NCBI GenBank assembly: GCA_037131775.1
Contig: JBAXQK010000001.1
Span: 76,708-140,707, forward strand
Reading direction: 5' to 3'
DNA: 64,000 nt
DNA from: Candidatus Uhrbacteria bacterium
Lineage (GTDB): Bacteria > Patescibacteriota > Patescibacteriia > UBA9934 > GWF2-40-263
This document shows positions 20,510-30,296 of this stretch, one piece after another; positions within the stretch are counted from its first letter, which is position 1; each line of letters starts with the position of its first letter. The translations under genes and the position numbers were made by a program. The notes beneath the pieces were generated by a model. The model had not been told where the DNA came from and made no database searches. It saw only the letters and a program-made list of their open reading frames with translations.

Positions 20510-21973
20510 CTAGAGCAACCCAATCGCACTTGCGAGCCTGCGCATCGTCTCATCCTTGCCAAGCGCCCACGCGAGCTCGAACGGGCTCGGGGATGCGGCA
20601 CGGCCGGACAATGCCACGCGGGTCGGCCAAAGGACATTTCCATTCGACAAGCCCTTTGCCTCAATATACGCCTTTATCGACGTTTCGACCATGGAGATCT
20701 CGTTCCAGACGCTCTCGTCGGCTATCGCGAGATGGTCGCGTACGCCCGCGAGGTTCGCCTTGCTGTCCGCCGCGTCCGCCTTCTTCCAAACGAGTATCGC
20801 CGGATCGTACGCGGGGACCGAGACGTATGCGTCGACGATCTCGACGATATCCGTAAGTCGCTCCATCCGCGTCTTCTCAATTGCGCAGATCTTTTCGAGC
20901 AGCGCCGCGTCGACCGTCTTCCCGGAAGCGTCGAGAAACGGACGGACGAGTGCGACGAGCTCCGACGCCGTTTTCTTCATGATGTACTGTCCGTTCATCC
21001 AGTTGAGCTTCGCCTGGTCGAATACCGCCCCAGACTTGTTGATCTTCGCCAGGTCGAACAGCTCGATCAGCTCGTCGATCGCATAGATCTCCTGGTCCGC
21101 CTTCGGGTTGAACCCGAGCAGCGCGACGAAATTGACGAGTGCTTCCGGAAGATATCCCTTCGCGAGATAGTCCTCGACCGCGACATCTCCCTGGCGCTTC
21201 GACAGCTTCGACTTGTCCGGATTGAGGAGGAGCGGCAGGTGAGCGAACAACGGCGCGTCCCAGCCGAACAGACGGTATAGGATGACGTGCTTCGGCGTGG
21301 ACGAGATCCATTCCTCGCCGCGAATGACGTGGGTGATCTTCATCAGGTGGTCGTCGACGACGACGGCCATGTGGTACGTCGGAAACCCGTCGGACTTGAT
21401 CAGAACCTGGTCGTCGACCTCCGCGTTGTTAATCGTAATCGTTCCCCGGATCACGTCCTCGAAGGAAGTCTCTCCTTCCGGGACTCGGAGGCGGAGAACA
21501 TGCGATTCTCCGGCGCCCAAGCGTCGTAAAACTTCCTCAGATGACAAGGATGCGCAGTGGCGATCGTACTTCGTCGACAGCTTGGCAATCTCCTGCTGCT
21601 TGCGAAGACCGTCGAGCCGCTCCGACGAGCAGAAACAGACGTACGCGACACCAGCGTCGAGAAGCTGTTTCGCGTATTGCGCGTAGATCGGAAGTCGCTC
21701 CGACTGGATGTACGGCCCAACGTCGCCGGTTTGCGCGATCACTCCGTCGACGAGCTTCGGACCCTCGTCCGGCAACAGGTTCACACGCTCGAACATCCGC
21801 AGAAGCGACTCGACAGCCCCAGGAACGAACCGCTCGCGGTCCGTGTCTTCTATGCGAAGGATATACGTCCCGGTTTGCTGACGAGCAAGCAAATAGTTGT
21901 ACAGCGCCGTGCGAAGACCGCCGACATGGAGAAAGCCTGTTGGAGACGGGGCGAAGCGGGTTCGAACGGACAT
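20510..21973 (-). CDS. gltX: Glutamate--tRNA ligase
   Basis: RTRFAPSPTGFLHVG, RIEDTD, KLSKR; start at ATG 21973. Confidence 0.98.
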   Translation of the reverse strand: MSVRTRFAPSPTGFLHVGGLRTALYNYLLARQQTGTYILRIEDTDRERFVPGAVESLLRMFERVNLLPDEGPKLVDGVIAQTGDVGPYIQSERLPIYAQYAKQLLDAGVAYVCFCSSERLDGLRKQQEIAKLSTKYDRHCASLSSEEVLRRLGAGESHVLRLRVPEGETSFEDVIRGTITINNAEVDDQVLIKSDGFPTYHMAVVVDDHLMKITHVIRGEEWISSTPKHVILYRLFGWDAPLFAHLPLLLNPDKSKLSKRQGDVAVEDYLAKGYLPEALVNFVALLGFNPKADQEIYAIDELIELFDLAKINKSGAVFDQAKLNWMNGQYIMKKTASELVALVRPFLDASGKTVDAALLEKICAIEKTRMERLTDIVEIVDAYVSVPAYDPAILVWKKADAADSKANLAGVRDHLAIADESVWNEISMVETSIKAYIEAKGLSNGNVLWPTRVALSGRAASPSPFELAWALGKDETMRRLASAIGLL

Positions 21974-21978
21974 AATTT

Positions 21979-22821
21979 CTATTTTCCCTTGAGTTGATTG
22001 ATAATTTCCGGAACCGTCGCGCGACACGCGGCGACGAACCGATGCCGCCTCAGTGTATCCCAGACGACGACCGCTGGGAAGACGATCGCGGCGTTGAAAA
22101 TCCGCTTGAATCGGCGCGGTTCGATGACGAGTCGCCAGACCCATTCGAGCCCGACGCGACGGACGAACAAGGGCGCGCGTCGCTTCGTCCCGGCAATCAT
22201 GTCGAAGGCGCCGCCGACGCCGATGTAGATGCGGGGTTGGTTAATTGGTAAATTGGCCAAATGGTCATGTGACGAACGAAGCGCCTCGATGAAACGTTCC
22301 TGCTTGCCCATGCCAAGCGCGACGGCGACGACGTCTGCATTTTCGAAGCTGGTGAGTTTCGTGCGGTCGCACGAAAGTGACCCGGTATGAGTTTTTTCGT
22401 TCGAGACGATTCCTACGTCGACGACCGTGACGTCGAGTCCCGCGAACTGCCGGCGCATCGATTCCGCCGCTGCTTCCGCGACGCCCGGGCCGCCGCCGAC
22501 GAGGACGAGGCGCTTCCCCTGCCCCGCGCAGAGCTTTGCGAGCAGCAAGAGAGTGTCGACGCCGGTATGACGGTTCGACAAACGGTTTCCCGTCAGCGCC
22601 GGAATCGCAAATCGGAGTCCCACGCCATCGGGCAAGGACAGATCCGCGCGATTCAACAGGTCGACGAACGACGGATCGCGTCGCGCGGCGAGGACGAACT
22701 CGGGGTTCGGGGTGACGATCGTATTCGACGAATCCGACGACAGCCACCCGGACAGAAGGTCCGTCAGCTCGCCTGTGGACAAGTCGGAAATACGCACGCC
22801 GAACAGTTCAAAAACTCTCAT
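21979..22821 (-). CDS. WecG/TagA/CpsF family glycosyltransferase
   Basis: IVTPNPEFV, LPDGVGL, VALGMGKQE, IGVGGAFD, GLEWVWRL. Confidence 0.93.
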   Translation of the reverse strand: MRVFELFGVRISDLSTGELTDLLSGWLSSDSSNTIVTPNPEFVLAARRDPSFVDLLNRADLSLPDGVGLRFAIPALTGNRLSNRHTGVDTLLLLAKLCAGQGKRLVLVGGGPGVAEAAAESMRRQFAGLDVTVVDVGIVSNEKTHTGSLSCDRTKLTSFENADVVAVALGMGKQERFIEALRSSHDHLANLPINQPRIYIGVGGAFDMIAGTKRRAPLFVRRVGLEWVWRLVIEPRRFKRIFNAAIVFPAVVVWDTLRRHRFVAACRATVPEIINQLKGK

Positions 22822-22848
22822 ATTCAGCAAAAATACTAGCATTTCTAC

Positions 22849-22889
22849 TTGACTTTTGCAAATTAGCACTCTATACTACCGAGTGCCAA
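22849..22889 (+). promoter_or_regulatory. CIRCE (HrcA operator) overlapping the clpB promoter
   Basis: TTAGCACTC-N9-GAGTGCCAA at 22863-22889; TTGACT(22849)-N17-TATACT(22872), with the -10 box inside the CIRCE spacer. Confidence 0.92.
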
Positions 22890-22947
22890 CTTGTTGCTTT
22901 CGTCATCCTCCAAACTACAAACAACCAAGTACCCAAAACCCCCCCCT

Positions 22948-25578
22948 ATGTTGCCAAACAACTTTACCCTCAAATCCCAAGAGGCGCTTCAGACGGCGAA
23001 CAACCTGGCCGTACAGGGTGGGCAGCCGGCGCTCGAACCGATCCACCTGGTCGCTTCCCTTTTGTCGCAGGACGAGGGGGTCGTGCCGGCGATCATGAAC
23101 AAGATTGTCGGGAATCCTTCCGACCTCCGGGCCGAGGTCGAGAAGATTATCGACGCGCTGCCGAAGCAGAAGGCGCAGGGCGGCGGGATCGGGCAGATTT
23201 TTTTGGCGCCTGAGATGGCGACCGTGCTTTCGGAGTCCGCGACGATCGCGAAGCAGTTCAAGGACGATTATATTTCTACCGAGCACCTCCTGCTTGGGCT
23301 ATTGAAAAACAAGAACGTCGCGCGGTTCCTTGGCAAATACAAGATGACCGACGAGACAGTGCTCCAGGCGCTCAAGGACATTCGCGGGACCCAGCGCGTC
23401 GACAGCCAGGAGCCCGAGACGAAATACCAGGCGATCAAAAAGTACAGCCGCAACCTGACGGACGCCGCGCGCGTCGGCGAGCTCGACCCGGTGATCGGAC
23501 GCGACGCCGAAATTCGTCGCGTCATGCAAGTCCTGTCGCGTCGCACAAAAAACAACCCGGTGCTCATCGGCGAGGCGGGCGTGGGAAAGACGGCGATCAT
23601 CGAGGGGCTTGCCCAGCGCATCGTGGACGGGGACGTTCCCGAGATGCTGAAGGAAAAGGAAATCATTGCGCTCGACGTGGGGTCGATGGTAGCCGGGACG
23701 AAGTATCGCGGCGAGTTTGAGGACCGTCTCAAGGCCGTGCTCAAGGAGATCGAAGGATCGGGCGGAAAGATCATCCTGTTCATCGACGAGCTCCACACGC
23801 TCGTCGGCGCGGGCACGACCGAGGGGAGCTCGCTCGACGCGGCCAACATGCTGAAGCCCGCGCTTGCTCGCGGAAAGCTCCGCGCGGTCGGAGCGACGAC
23901 GCTCAAGGAGTACCAGCGCTATATCGAAAAGGACCCCGCGCTCGAACGCCGGTTCCAACCGGTGATCGTCGACGAGCCGAGCGTCGAGGATAGCATCGCG
24001 ATCTTGCGCGGCATCAAGGAAAAATATGAGCTCCATCACGGCGTGCGCGTCTCGGACCCGAGCATCGTCGCCGCCGCCGAGCTGTCGCACCGCTATATCA
24101 CCGACCGCCAGCTGCCCGACAAGGCCGTCGACCTGATGGACGAGGCCGCCGCCGCGCTGCGCATGCAGATTGACTCGATGCCGGAGGAGCTCGACATGCT
24201 GAAGCGCGACCTGATCCGCCACGAGATCGAGAGGAAGGCTCTCGAGAAGGAGGAGGACAAGGACTCAAAGGCGCGACTCGGCGAGATCGAGCGTCAGATC
24301 GCGGATTTGCGCGAGAAGACCGACGCGCTTGAGGGAAAGTGGCGGAACGAGAAGGACAAGATCGGCGAGATTCAGTCGGCAAAGAGCGCCGTCGAGAAAC
24401 TGCGCGCCGAGGCCGAGATCGCCGAGCGCCGCGGGGACCTCGAGACGGTTGCGAAGATCCGCTACGGGACGATTCCCGCCGAGGAGCGTCGTTTGAAAGA
24501 GGCGGAGGTCGCGCTGACCCAGCTCCAGCAAGATCGCGGATTGCTCAAACAGGTCGTCACGGAGGAAGACATCGCCGCGGTCGTGAGCCGATGGACGTCG
24601 ATCCCCGTTTCAAAGATGCTCGAGTCCGAGCTGAAGAAGCTGGCTCGCATGGAGGACGAGCTGACCAAACGCGTCGTCGGCCAGAAGGAGGCCATCGCCG
24701 CCGTGTCGAACGCGCTGCGACGGTCGCGCGCCGGAATCTCGGAATCGAACCGGCCGATCGGGTCGTTCATCTTCCTCGGCCCGACGGGCGTGGGAAAGAC
24801 CGAGCTCGCCCGCGCCCTCGCCGGGTTCATGTTCAACGACGAGTCCGCGCTGGTTCGCCTCGACATGAGCGAGTACATGGAAAAGCACGCCGTCTCCAAG
24901 ATCCTCGGTTCCCCGCCGGGATACGTCGGCCACGAGGAGGGCGGCCAGCTCACGGAGATCGTGCGTCGCAAGCCGTACTCGGTGCTGCTGTTCGACGAGA
25001 TCGAGAAGGCGCACCCGGACACGTTCAACGTCCTCCTCCAGATTCTCGACGAGGGGCATCTCACCGACGCGAAGGGCCGCAAGGTCAACTTCAAGAACAC
25101 GGTGATCATCATGACGTCGAACATCGGGTCCGACGTGATCCTCGACATGGGAAAGACGCGCGGAACCATCGGGTTCAGCGAAGACGAGACCGGCGCGGGC
25201 GAAGAGGGCGAGATCCAGGAACGCGTCATGGGGATGCTCCGCGACCACTTCCGCCCGGAGTTCCTGAACCGCGTCGACGAGATCATCATGTTCCACGCGC
25301 TGACCGAGGCGCAGATTGGCGAGATCGTGAACCTCCAGCTCACCCGGACGTTCGAGCGCCTTGAGAAGGAACGCGGAATCGTCCTCTCCGTCTCGCCCGC
25401 CGCGAAGAAACTGTTGGCACGGAAGGGGTACGATCCGGCGTACGGCGCGCGCCCGCTGAAGCGCGTCATCCAGCGTCTGATTCTCGACCCGCTGGCGATG
25501 CGAATCGTCGAGGGAAGCCTGAAGGAAGGACAGTCCGTGGCCATCGGGGCAAAGGCAGACGAGATCGTGATCTCGTAG
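22948..25578 (+). CDS. clpB: ATP-dependent chaperone ClpB
   Basis: two AAA+ modules ([16 protein letters not shown]), long middle coiled coil, YGARPLKR. Confidence 0.97.
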   Translation: MLPNNFTLKSQEALQTANNLAVQGGQPALEPIHLVASLLSQDEGVVPAIMNKIVGNPSDLRAEVEKIIDALPKQKAQGGGIGQIFLAPEMATVLSESATIAKQFKDDYISTEHLLLGLLKNKNVARFLGKYKMTDETVLQALKDIRGTQRVDSQEPETKYQAIKKYSRNLTDAARVGELDPVIGRDAEIRRVMQVLSRRTKNNPVLIGEAGVGKTAIIEGLAQRIVDGDVPEMLKEKEIIALDVGSMVAGTKYRGEFEDRLKAVLKEIEGSGGKIILFIDELHTLVGAGTTEGSSLDAANMLKPALARGKLRAVGATTLKEYQRYIEKDPALERRFQPVIVDEPSVEDSIAILRGIKEKYELHHGVRVSDPSIVAAAELSHRYITDRQLPDKAVDLMDEAAAALRMQIDSMPEELDMLKRDLIRHEIERKALEKEEDKDSKARLGEIERQIADLREKTDALEGKWRNEKDKIGEIQSAKSAVEKLRAEAEIAERRGDLETVAKIRYGTIPAEERRLKEAEVALTQLQQDRGLLKQVVTEEDIAAVVSRWTSIPVSKMLESELKKLARMEDELTKRVVGQKEAIAAVSNALRRSRAGISESNRPIGSFIFLGPTGVGKTELARALAGFMFNDESALVRLDMSEYMEKHAVSKILGSPPGYVGHEEGGQLTEIVRRKPYSVLLFDEIEKAHPDTFNVLLQILDEGHLTDAKGRKVNFKNTVIIMTSNIGSDVILDMGKTRGTIGFSEDETGAGEEGEIQERVMGMLRDHFRPEFLNRVDEIIMFHALTEAQIGEIVNLQLTRTFERLEKERGIVLSVSPAAKKLLARKGYDPAYGARPLKRVIQRLILDPLAMRIVEGSLKEGQSVAIGAKADEIVIS

Positions 25579-25593
25579 TATAATGGCGCCGTT

Positions 25594-27003
25594 ATGAAAC
25601 GGCGCCTTTTGCTTTGCTCCCTCATCGGTCTCGTGGCATTTTCCTCAATGCCGGCGCCCGTTTTCGCGTACGACTTCGTGCCGAACTACGTCATTTCCGA
25701 CGCGGAGATGACCGATGTCTCCAGCATGACCCAGGCACAAATCCAGGCATTCCTCGACGCGTACGGCACGCTCGGCTCACGTTCGTTCGAGGACGTAGAC
25801 GGTTCCGTTCGAACCTCCGCGGAAATCATCTATAACGCGGCCAATCGCAATCGAATAAGTCCGCGGGTGATCCTTGTCACGCTTCAGAAGGAACAGAGCC
25901 TGATCGACGACACGAGCCCGAAGCAGAGCCAACTCGACTGGGCGATGGGATACGGGATCTGCGACAGTTGCAACCACGAGACGGAAGCGGCCCAGCGTTT
26001 TCGAGGATTCGCAAAGCAGGTGAACTCCGCGACGCTTCAGTTCGGCGAAGGCTACATGGCCGACCTCGCCGCGTTCGGAAAGACGCTCGCGGGATACGGC
26101 CCCGGCGTGACCGTCGCCGTCGACGACATCCTCCTCACTCCCGCGAACAACGCCACCGCCGCGCTCTACACCTACACTCCGCACACGCACGGCAACGAGA
26201 ATTTCTCCAAGCTCTGGCAACGCTGGTTCACGCACGACTATCCGGATGGAACGCTTCTCCAAAACACGGAGGACGGCGGCGTCTGGCTCATCCAGTACGG
26301 CATGCGCCGACCCATCACGTCCCGTGCCGCGCTCCTCACGCGCTTCAACGAGAAGGCGATCGTCCCGGTCACGTCCACGTCGCTCGCCGTATTCCCCATG
26401 GGGCGTGCAATTTCGCTGCCGAACTATTCCCTGCTCCAGTCCCCAAAGGGAACGGTCTACCTCCTCGTGGACGACTCGATCCGAGGGTTCGTTTCCCGCG
26501 AGGCGATGCGCGCCACCGGACTGAACCCTGAGGATGCGATCGACGTCTCGTTCGACGATCTTGCCACGTACAGGGAAGGCTCGCCGATCACGAGCGACAG
26601 CGTTTATCCGCAGGGCGCGCTCCTTCAGGACACGAGGACCGGCGGCGTCTACTTCGTTGAGAATGGGTCGAAGTCGGCGATCATGTCCCGCGAGATCATG
26701 AGCACAAAATTTAAAAGCCTCGCGATCCAACCGGCGGAAGCGGGCGAGCTCGACGCGTATCCGACGGTCGACCCCGTCCCGTTCCCGGACGGCACCCTGA
26801 TCAGTCCAAACGGCAGGTCGGATATCTACGTAGTTTCCGGTGGAAAGCGCCTCCCGATCCCCAACGGCGAGACGTTCCTGTCCTACGGGTGGAACTGGGA
26901 CCAGGTCATCAAGACGAACGACCGATCGATCGACATTCTCCCGCTTGGTGATCCGATCGAGCCAATTCAGGCGATCGAGCCCAATGACACGCAATCCCTA
27001 TGA
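25594..27003 (+). CDS. Secreted protein with N-terminal lysozyme-like/cell-wall domain and C-terminal repeats
   Basis: signal peptide; LVTLQKEQSLI, WAMGYG, NNATAALYTYTPH; repeated YPxGTLL...VY(L/F)V units. Confidence 0.7.
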   Translation: MKRRLLLCSLIGLVAFSSMPAPVFAYDFVPNYVISDAEMTDVSSMTQAQIQAFLDAYGTLGSRSFEDVDGSVRTSAEIIYNAANRNRISPRVILVTLQKEQSLIDDTSPKQSQLDWAMGYGICDSCNHETEAAQRFRGFAKQVNSATLQFGEGYMADLAAFGKTLAGYGPGVTVAVDDILLTPANNATAALYTYTPHTHGNENFSKLWQRWFTHDYPDGTLLQNTEDGGVWLIQYGMRRPITSRAALLTRFNEKAIVPVTSTSLAVFPMGRAISLPNYSLLQSPKGTVYLLVDDSIRGFVSREAMRATGLNPEDAIDVSFDDLATYREGSPITSDSVYPQGALLQDTRTGGVYFVENGSKSAIMSREIMSTKFKSLAIQPAEAGELDAYPTVDPVPFPDGTLISPNGRSDIYVVSGGKRLPIPNGETFLSYGWNWDQVIKTNDRSIDILPLGDPIEPIQAIEPNDTQSL

Positions 27004-27785
27004 TCGTCTTCGCCGCATTCACGCCGCATACACCGCTACTCCTTCCGCCAATCGGCAAGGATGCCCTTCAAAAATTGTCGTCAACGACCGATGCCATGGA
27101 TCGGCTCGGCGACGAGCTTCGCGAGGCGCGGCCAGACACGATCGTGATTATCTCCGCCCATGCCACCCAGCATGACGGCGCCTTTTCGGCGAACCTGCAC
27201 GACTCGTATCTCGTCGACCTCCGCGACTTCGGCGACCTGACGACTACCGCCGAGTTCGAGCCGAACCTTTCGCTCATCGACGCGATCCAGCGCGCGGTTC
27301 GTCGCGCGCAAATCCCCTTCACCCTCGACTCGGACTCGACGCTCGACTACGGTACCGCCGTTCCCCTCGTCGCGATCGGCGCCAGGGCGCAGATCGTCCC
27401 GATCTCCTTCAGCAATCTTCCTGCGAAGGATCACTTCTCGTTCGGCAAGGCGCTCAAGGACGTGCTTGCGAATCGCAAGGAACGCATCGCGATCGTCGCG
27501 TCCGGCGACCTGTCGCACGCGCTTACTTCAGACGCTCCGGCCGGCTATCGACCGGAGGGCGAGACGTTCGACTCGGCCGTCCGCCAGGCGGTCGTCCAGG
27601 CGAGCGCCTCCCAGCTGCTAACACTCGACGAGGAAACCGTCGAGAAGGCCGAGGAGTGCGCCTATCGCCCCCTGCTCGTCCTGTTTGGAATCCTCGACCA
27701 AGTTCCGACGGTTCCGGAGGTACTCTCCTACGAGCACCCGTTCGGCGTCGGCTACCTCGTGGCCCAGTTCCATCTTGGAAGTTAA
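27000..27785 (+). CDS. MEMO1/LigB-like protein (AmmeMemoRadiSam system protein B-like)
   Basis: PHTPLLLP, VIISAH, LDYGTAVPL, IVASGDLSH, LSYEHPFGVGY. Confidence 0.85.
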   Translation: MIVFAAFTPHTPLLLPPIGKDALQKLSSTTDAMDRLGDELREARPDTIVIISAHATQHDGAFSANLHDSYLVDLRDFGDLTTTAEFEPNLSLIDAIQRAVRRAQIPFTLDSDSTLDYGTAVPLVAIGARAQIVPISFSNLPAKDHFSFGKALKDVLANRKERIAIVASGDLSHALTSDAPAGYRPEGETFDSAVRQAVVQASASQLLTLDEETVEKAEECAYRPLLVLFGILDQVPTVPEVLSYEHPFGVGYLVAQFHLGS

Positions 27786-27794
27786 TTTTTATTT

Positions 27795-27866
27795 TGTCAT
27801 TGCGGGGGCATCAGACCAAAGCAATCTATCCGGGATTGCTTCGTCGGCTGAGGCTTTCTCAATGAG
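27795..27866. repeat. Degenerate GTCATTGCG...GCAATC/GATTGCTTCG...CAATGA palindromic element
   Basis: outer arms TCATTG/CAATGA and inner stem AAGCAATC-N7-GATTGCTT, intergenic before priA. Confidence 0.65.
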
Positions 27867-27880
27867 AGACGATTTGAACC

Positions 27881-29803
27881 GTGATTGCCGAAGTTTATCC
27901 AATCAAGCGGATGCCGCGCCGGTTCGACGTCTTCGACTATGAGATCCCGACCGGCATGAATCTCGCACGAGGATCCGGCGTCCGGATCCCGTTTCGGTTC
28001 GGAGAGATGCGCGGAATCGTCGCGCGAGTCACGGACGGTGCGGGACGTGGAAAGACGATCAAGCCCGTCTCGGCGATCCTGCCGGACCTTTCGATGACCG
28101 ACGACGAGCTCTCCTGCTTCGAGGACGTCGCGTTCGATACCGCGCAAAGCGTCTCGGCCGTCCTCCACGCGACGATCCCGATTCCGGGGAAACGCGACGT
28201 TTCGTCCGCCCGTCGATCCCTCAGCGTTCCCCCTCCTCATAGGGAGGAGGGGTCAGGGGTGGTCGTCTCGCCCCTCACGATCTCCGCCCGCGAGGCCCCG
28301 CAAATCTCTCAGATTGTCGCGGAACTCTCCGAGCGATCCGAGGCATTCGTCGCCATCCCCGACCTCAAGCGCGCCGCCGTCCTCATCGCGACCTACCGCC
28401 GCGACCACCCGACCGAACCCGTCCTCGTCCTCGCGCCGAACGTTCGCGATGCACGCCTCATCGCGTCCCGACTCTCTTACGTTTCCCCTCCTCATAGGGA
28501 GGAGGGGTCAGGGGTGGTCGTCGTGACCGGCGAGGAGTCTCCGGCCGAGCGTTTTCGCCGCTGGAAGCTCTGGCGCGGCCGAAGGACCGGCCTCCTCGTC
28601 GGCTCCCGCGTCGCGGCTCTCTGGACCCATCCGACGCTCGGCGCGGTATTCCTCGTACGCTCGGGACACCCCAACCATAAGCAGGACGACCGAAACCCAC
28701 GCTTCGACGCGCGATTCGTGGGACAGGTTCTCCATGGGCGACTTTCCGCCAAGCGCTTTCACCTAGACGTCATGCCAAGCACCGAGGACCTCGTTGGATT
28801 CGGCGCGGCAAATCTCCTCGGCCCGACCGCCCGTCCCGAAACGATCATCGCCGACATGACGATCGAGCGCGCCGGTTCCCCGCACCCGTGCCTCGGCAAC
28901 AGCCTTGTCATCGAGATCGCCCAGACACTCGCCGAGAACCGGCGCGTCATCTGCGCGTACAATCTCAAGGGCGTGTCGCGACGATTGCAATGCGCCGACT
29001 GCGGACACCGGTTTCCGTGCGAGAACTGCGGCGGAGTGCTCGCACCGTACGTGACGACGGTCCAATGCCACCGATGCGGTCGGACCGAGCCGCTGCCGGC
29101 CTCTTGTCCCGCATGCCATAAGAACAAGCTCACGCCGAAGGGATTTGGAAACCGCGCGGTCGCCGCGGCATTGCAGTCGGCGTTTCCCGAGGCGACCGTC
29201 GCATGCCTCGATCGCGATACGGACGTGGACGGCGCGAAGGACGCGGACATTCTCGTCGTCACGCGCCATTACGTCGAGAACGTCTTCGACCCCTTTCACC
29301 CACCGGACGTCGGTCTCGTCGCTGAGCTTGATGGGGACCGGTCCTTGTTCGAGCCGTCCTACCGTGCCCTCGAGAAATCCCTCCTTAACGCCGAGGAGTG
29401 GCGCGGAATTGCCCACGCCTGCCGCGCCAAGTTCCTCATCCAGACCGAGATGCCCGATTTGTTCCGCAACGCCCTCTCGCAGCCGGAAAAAGCCCTTCTC
29501 GACGACCTCGCCATCCGCAAGTCCTACGCCCAGCCCCCGTATGTCCGCGCCATGACCGTCGAATTCAAGCCCGACGAGCCAGGCGAACAGGCCCAAGGAA
29601 TCGCCAAGGCCATCGAAGCGATCCGCGCCGTCTCCACGTCGACCGAGATTTCGAAGCTCCCCTCTCCTTCCAAAGGAGAGGGTCAGGGTGAGGTCTACGC
29701 CCGTATCCGCCTCGCCGTCCCCCCGTCCGACGAGCTTGCCGTTCTCCAGGCCTTTTCCCCGTTCGACGACTCGTATATCATTGACACAAGGCCGTTAGAA
29801 TGA
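27881..29803 (+). CDS. priA: Primosomal protein N' (PriA), degenerate helicase motifs
   Basis: N-terminal FDY...VRIPF 3'-binding domain, four CxxC pairs, YAQPPY near the C-terminus, priA-def-fmt synteny; no Walker A or DExH visible. Confidence 0.85.
   Translation: MIAEVYPIKRMPRRFDVFDYEIPTGMNLARGSGVRIPFRFGEMRGIVARVTDGAGRGKTIKPVSAILPDLSMTDDELSCFEDVAFDTAQSVSAVLHATIPIPGKRDVSSARRSLSVPPPHREEGSGVVVSPLTISAREAPQISQIVAELSERSEAFVAIPDLKRAAVLIATYRRDHPTEPVLVLAPNVRDARLIASRLSYVSPPHREEGSGVVVVTGEESPAERFRRWKLWRGRRTGLLVGSRVAALWTHPTLGAVFLVRSGHPNHKQDDRNPRFDARFVGQVLHGRLSAKRFHLDVMPSTEDLVGFGAANLLGPTARPETIIADMTIERAGSPHPCLGNSLVIEIAQTLAENRRVICAYNLKGVSRRLQCADCGHRFPCENCGGVLAPYVTTVQCHRCGRTEPLPASCPACHKNKLTPKGFGNRAVAAALQSAFPEATVACLDRDTDVDGAKDADILVVTRHYVENVFDPFHPPDVGLVAELDGDRSLFEPSYRALEKSLLNAEEWRGIAHACRAKFLIQTEMPDLFRNALSQPEKALLDDLAIRKSYAQPPYVRAMTVEFKPDEPGEQAQGIAKAIEAIRAVSTSTEISKLPSPSKGEGQGEVYARIRLAVPPSDELAVLQAFSPFDDSYIIDTRPLE
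28226..28267 (+). repeat. CCCCTCCT hairpin element, copy 2 (in frame in priA)
   Basis: encodes VPPPHREEGSGVVV. Confidence 0.95.
28481..28522 (+). repeat. CCCCTCCT hairpin element, copy 3 (in frame in priA)
   Basis: encodes VSPPHREEGSGVVV. Confidence 0.95.
29657..29695 (+). repeat. Related hairpin element CCCTCTCCTT-CCA-AAGGAGAGGG-TCAGGGTGAGGTC (in frame in priA)
   Basis: 10-bp perfect stem with a similar TCAGGG...GGTC tail; encodes LPSPSKGEGQGEV. Confidence 0.8.
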
Positions 29804-29822
29804 TATTATTTCCGCCAATCCT

Positions 29823-30296
29823 ATGATCGTCCTCACGAATCCAAACCCCGAACTTCGCGTCCGATCCGTCGAGATTCCCTCGTCGGACATTGCTTCGGAT
29901 CGTCTCAAGGAGATGATCGTCGAACTGAAGAGGACGATGAGGGAGGAAAACGGCTGCGGGATCGCCGCGCCGCAAGTTGGGATCCACGAGCGCGTGATCA
30001 TCGTCGACGACGGTTCGGGCCCGAAGGCATACATCAACCCGGAGATCGTCTCAAAATCGTTCGCCACGTTCCTGTTCGAGGAGGGATGCCTGTCCGTACC
30101 GGGCGTCTGGGGCATGGTCAAGCGGCACAAGTCCGTGAAGGTCACGGCGATCGGAGAGGACGGCAAGCCCGTAAAGATCTCCGGGAAGGGACTCCTATCC
30201 GTCATCTTCCAGCACGAGATCGACCACCTCAACGGCGTCCTGTTCATTGACTCGGTCCAGAAGATCACCCGCATGCCGAACAACTCCATCCTATGA
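29823..30296 (+). CDS. def: Peptide deformylase
   Basis: GCGIAAPQVG, EGCLSVP, QHEIDHLNG. Confidence 0.98.
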   Translation: MIVLTNPNPELRVRSVEIPSSDIASDRLKEMIVELKRTMREENGCGIAAPQVGIHERVIIVDDGSGPKAYINPEIVSKSFATFLFEEGCLSVPGVWGMVKRHKSVKVTAIGEDGKPVKISGKGLLSVIFQHEIDHLNGVLFIDSVQKITRMPNNSIL

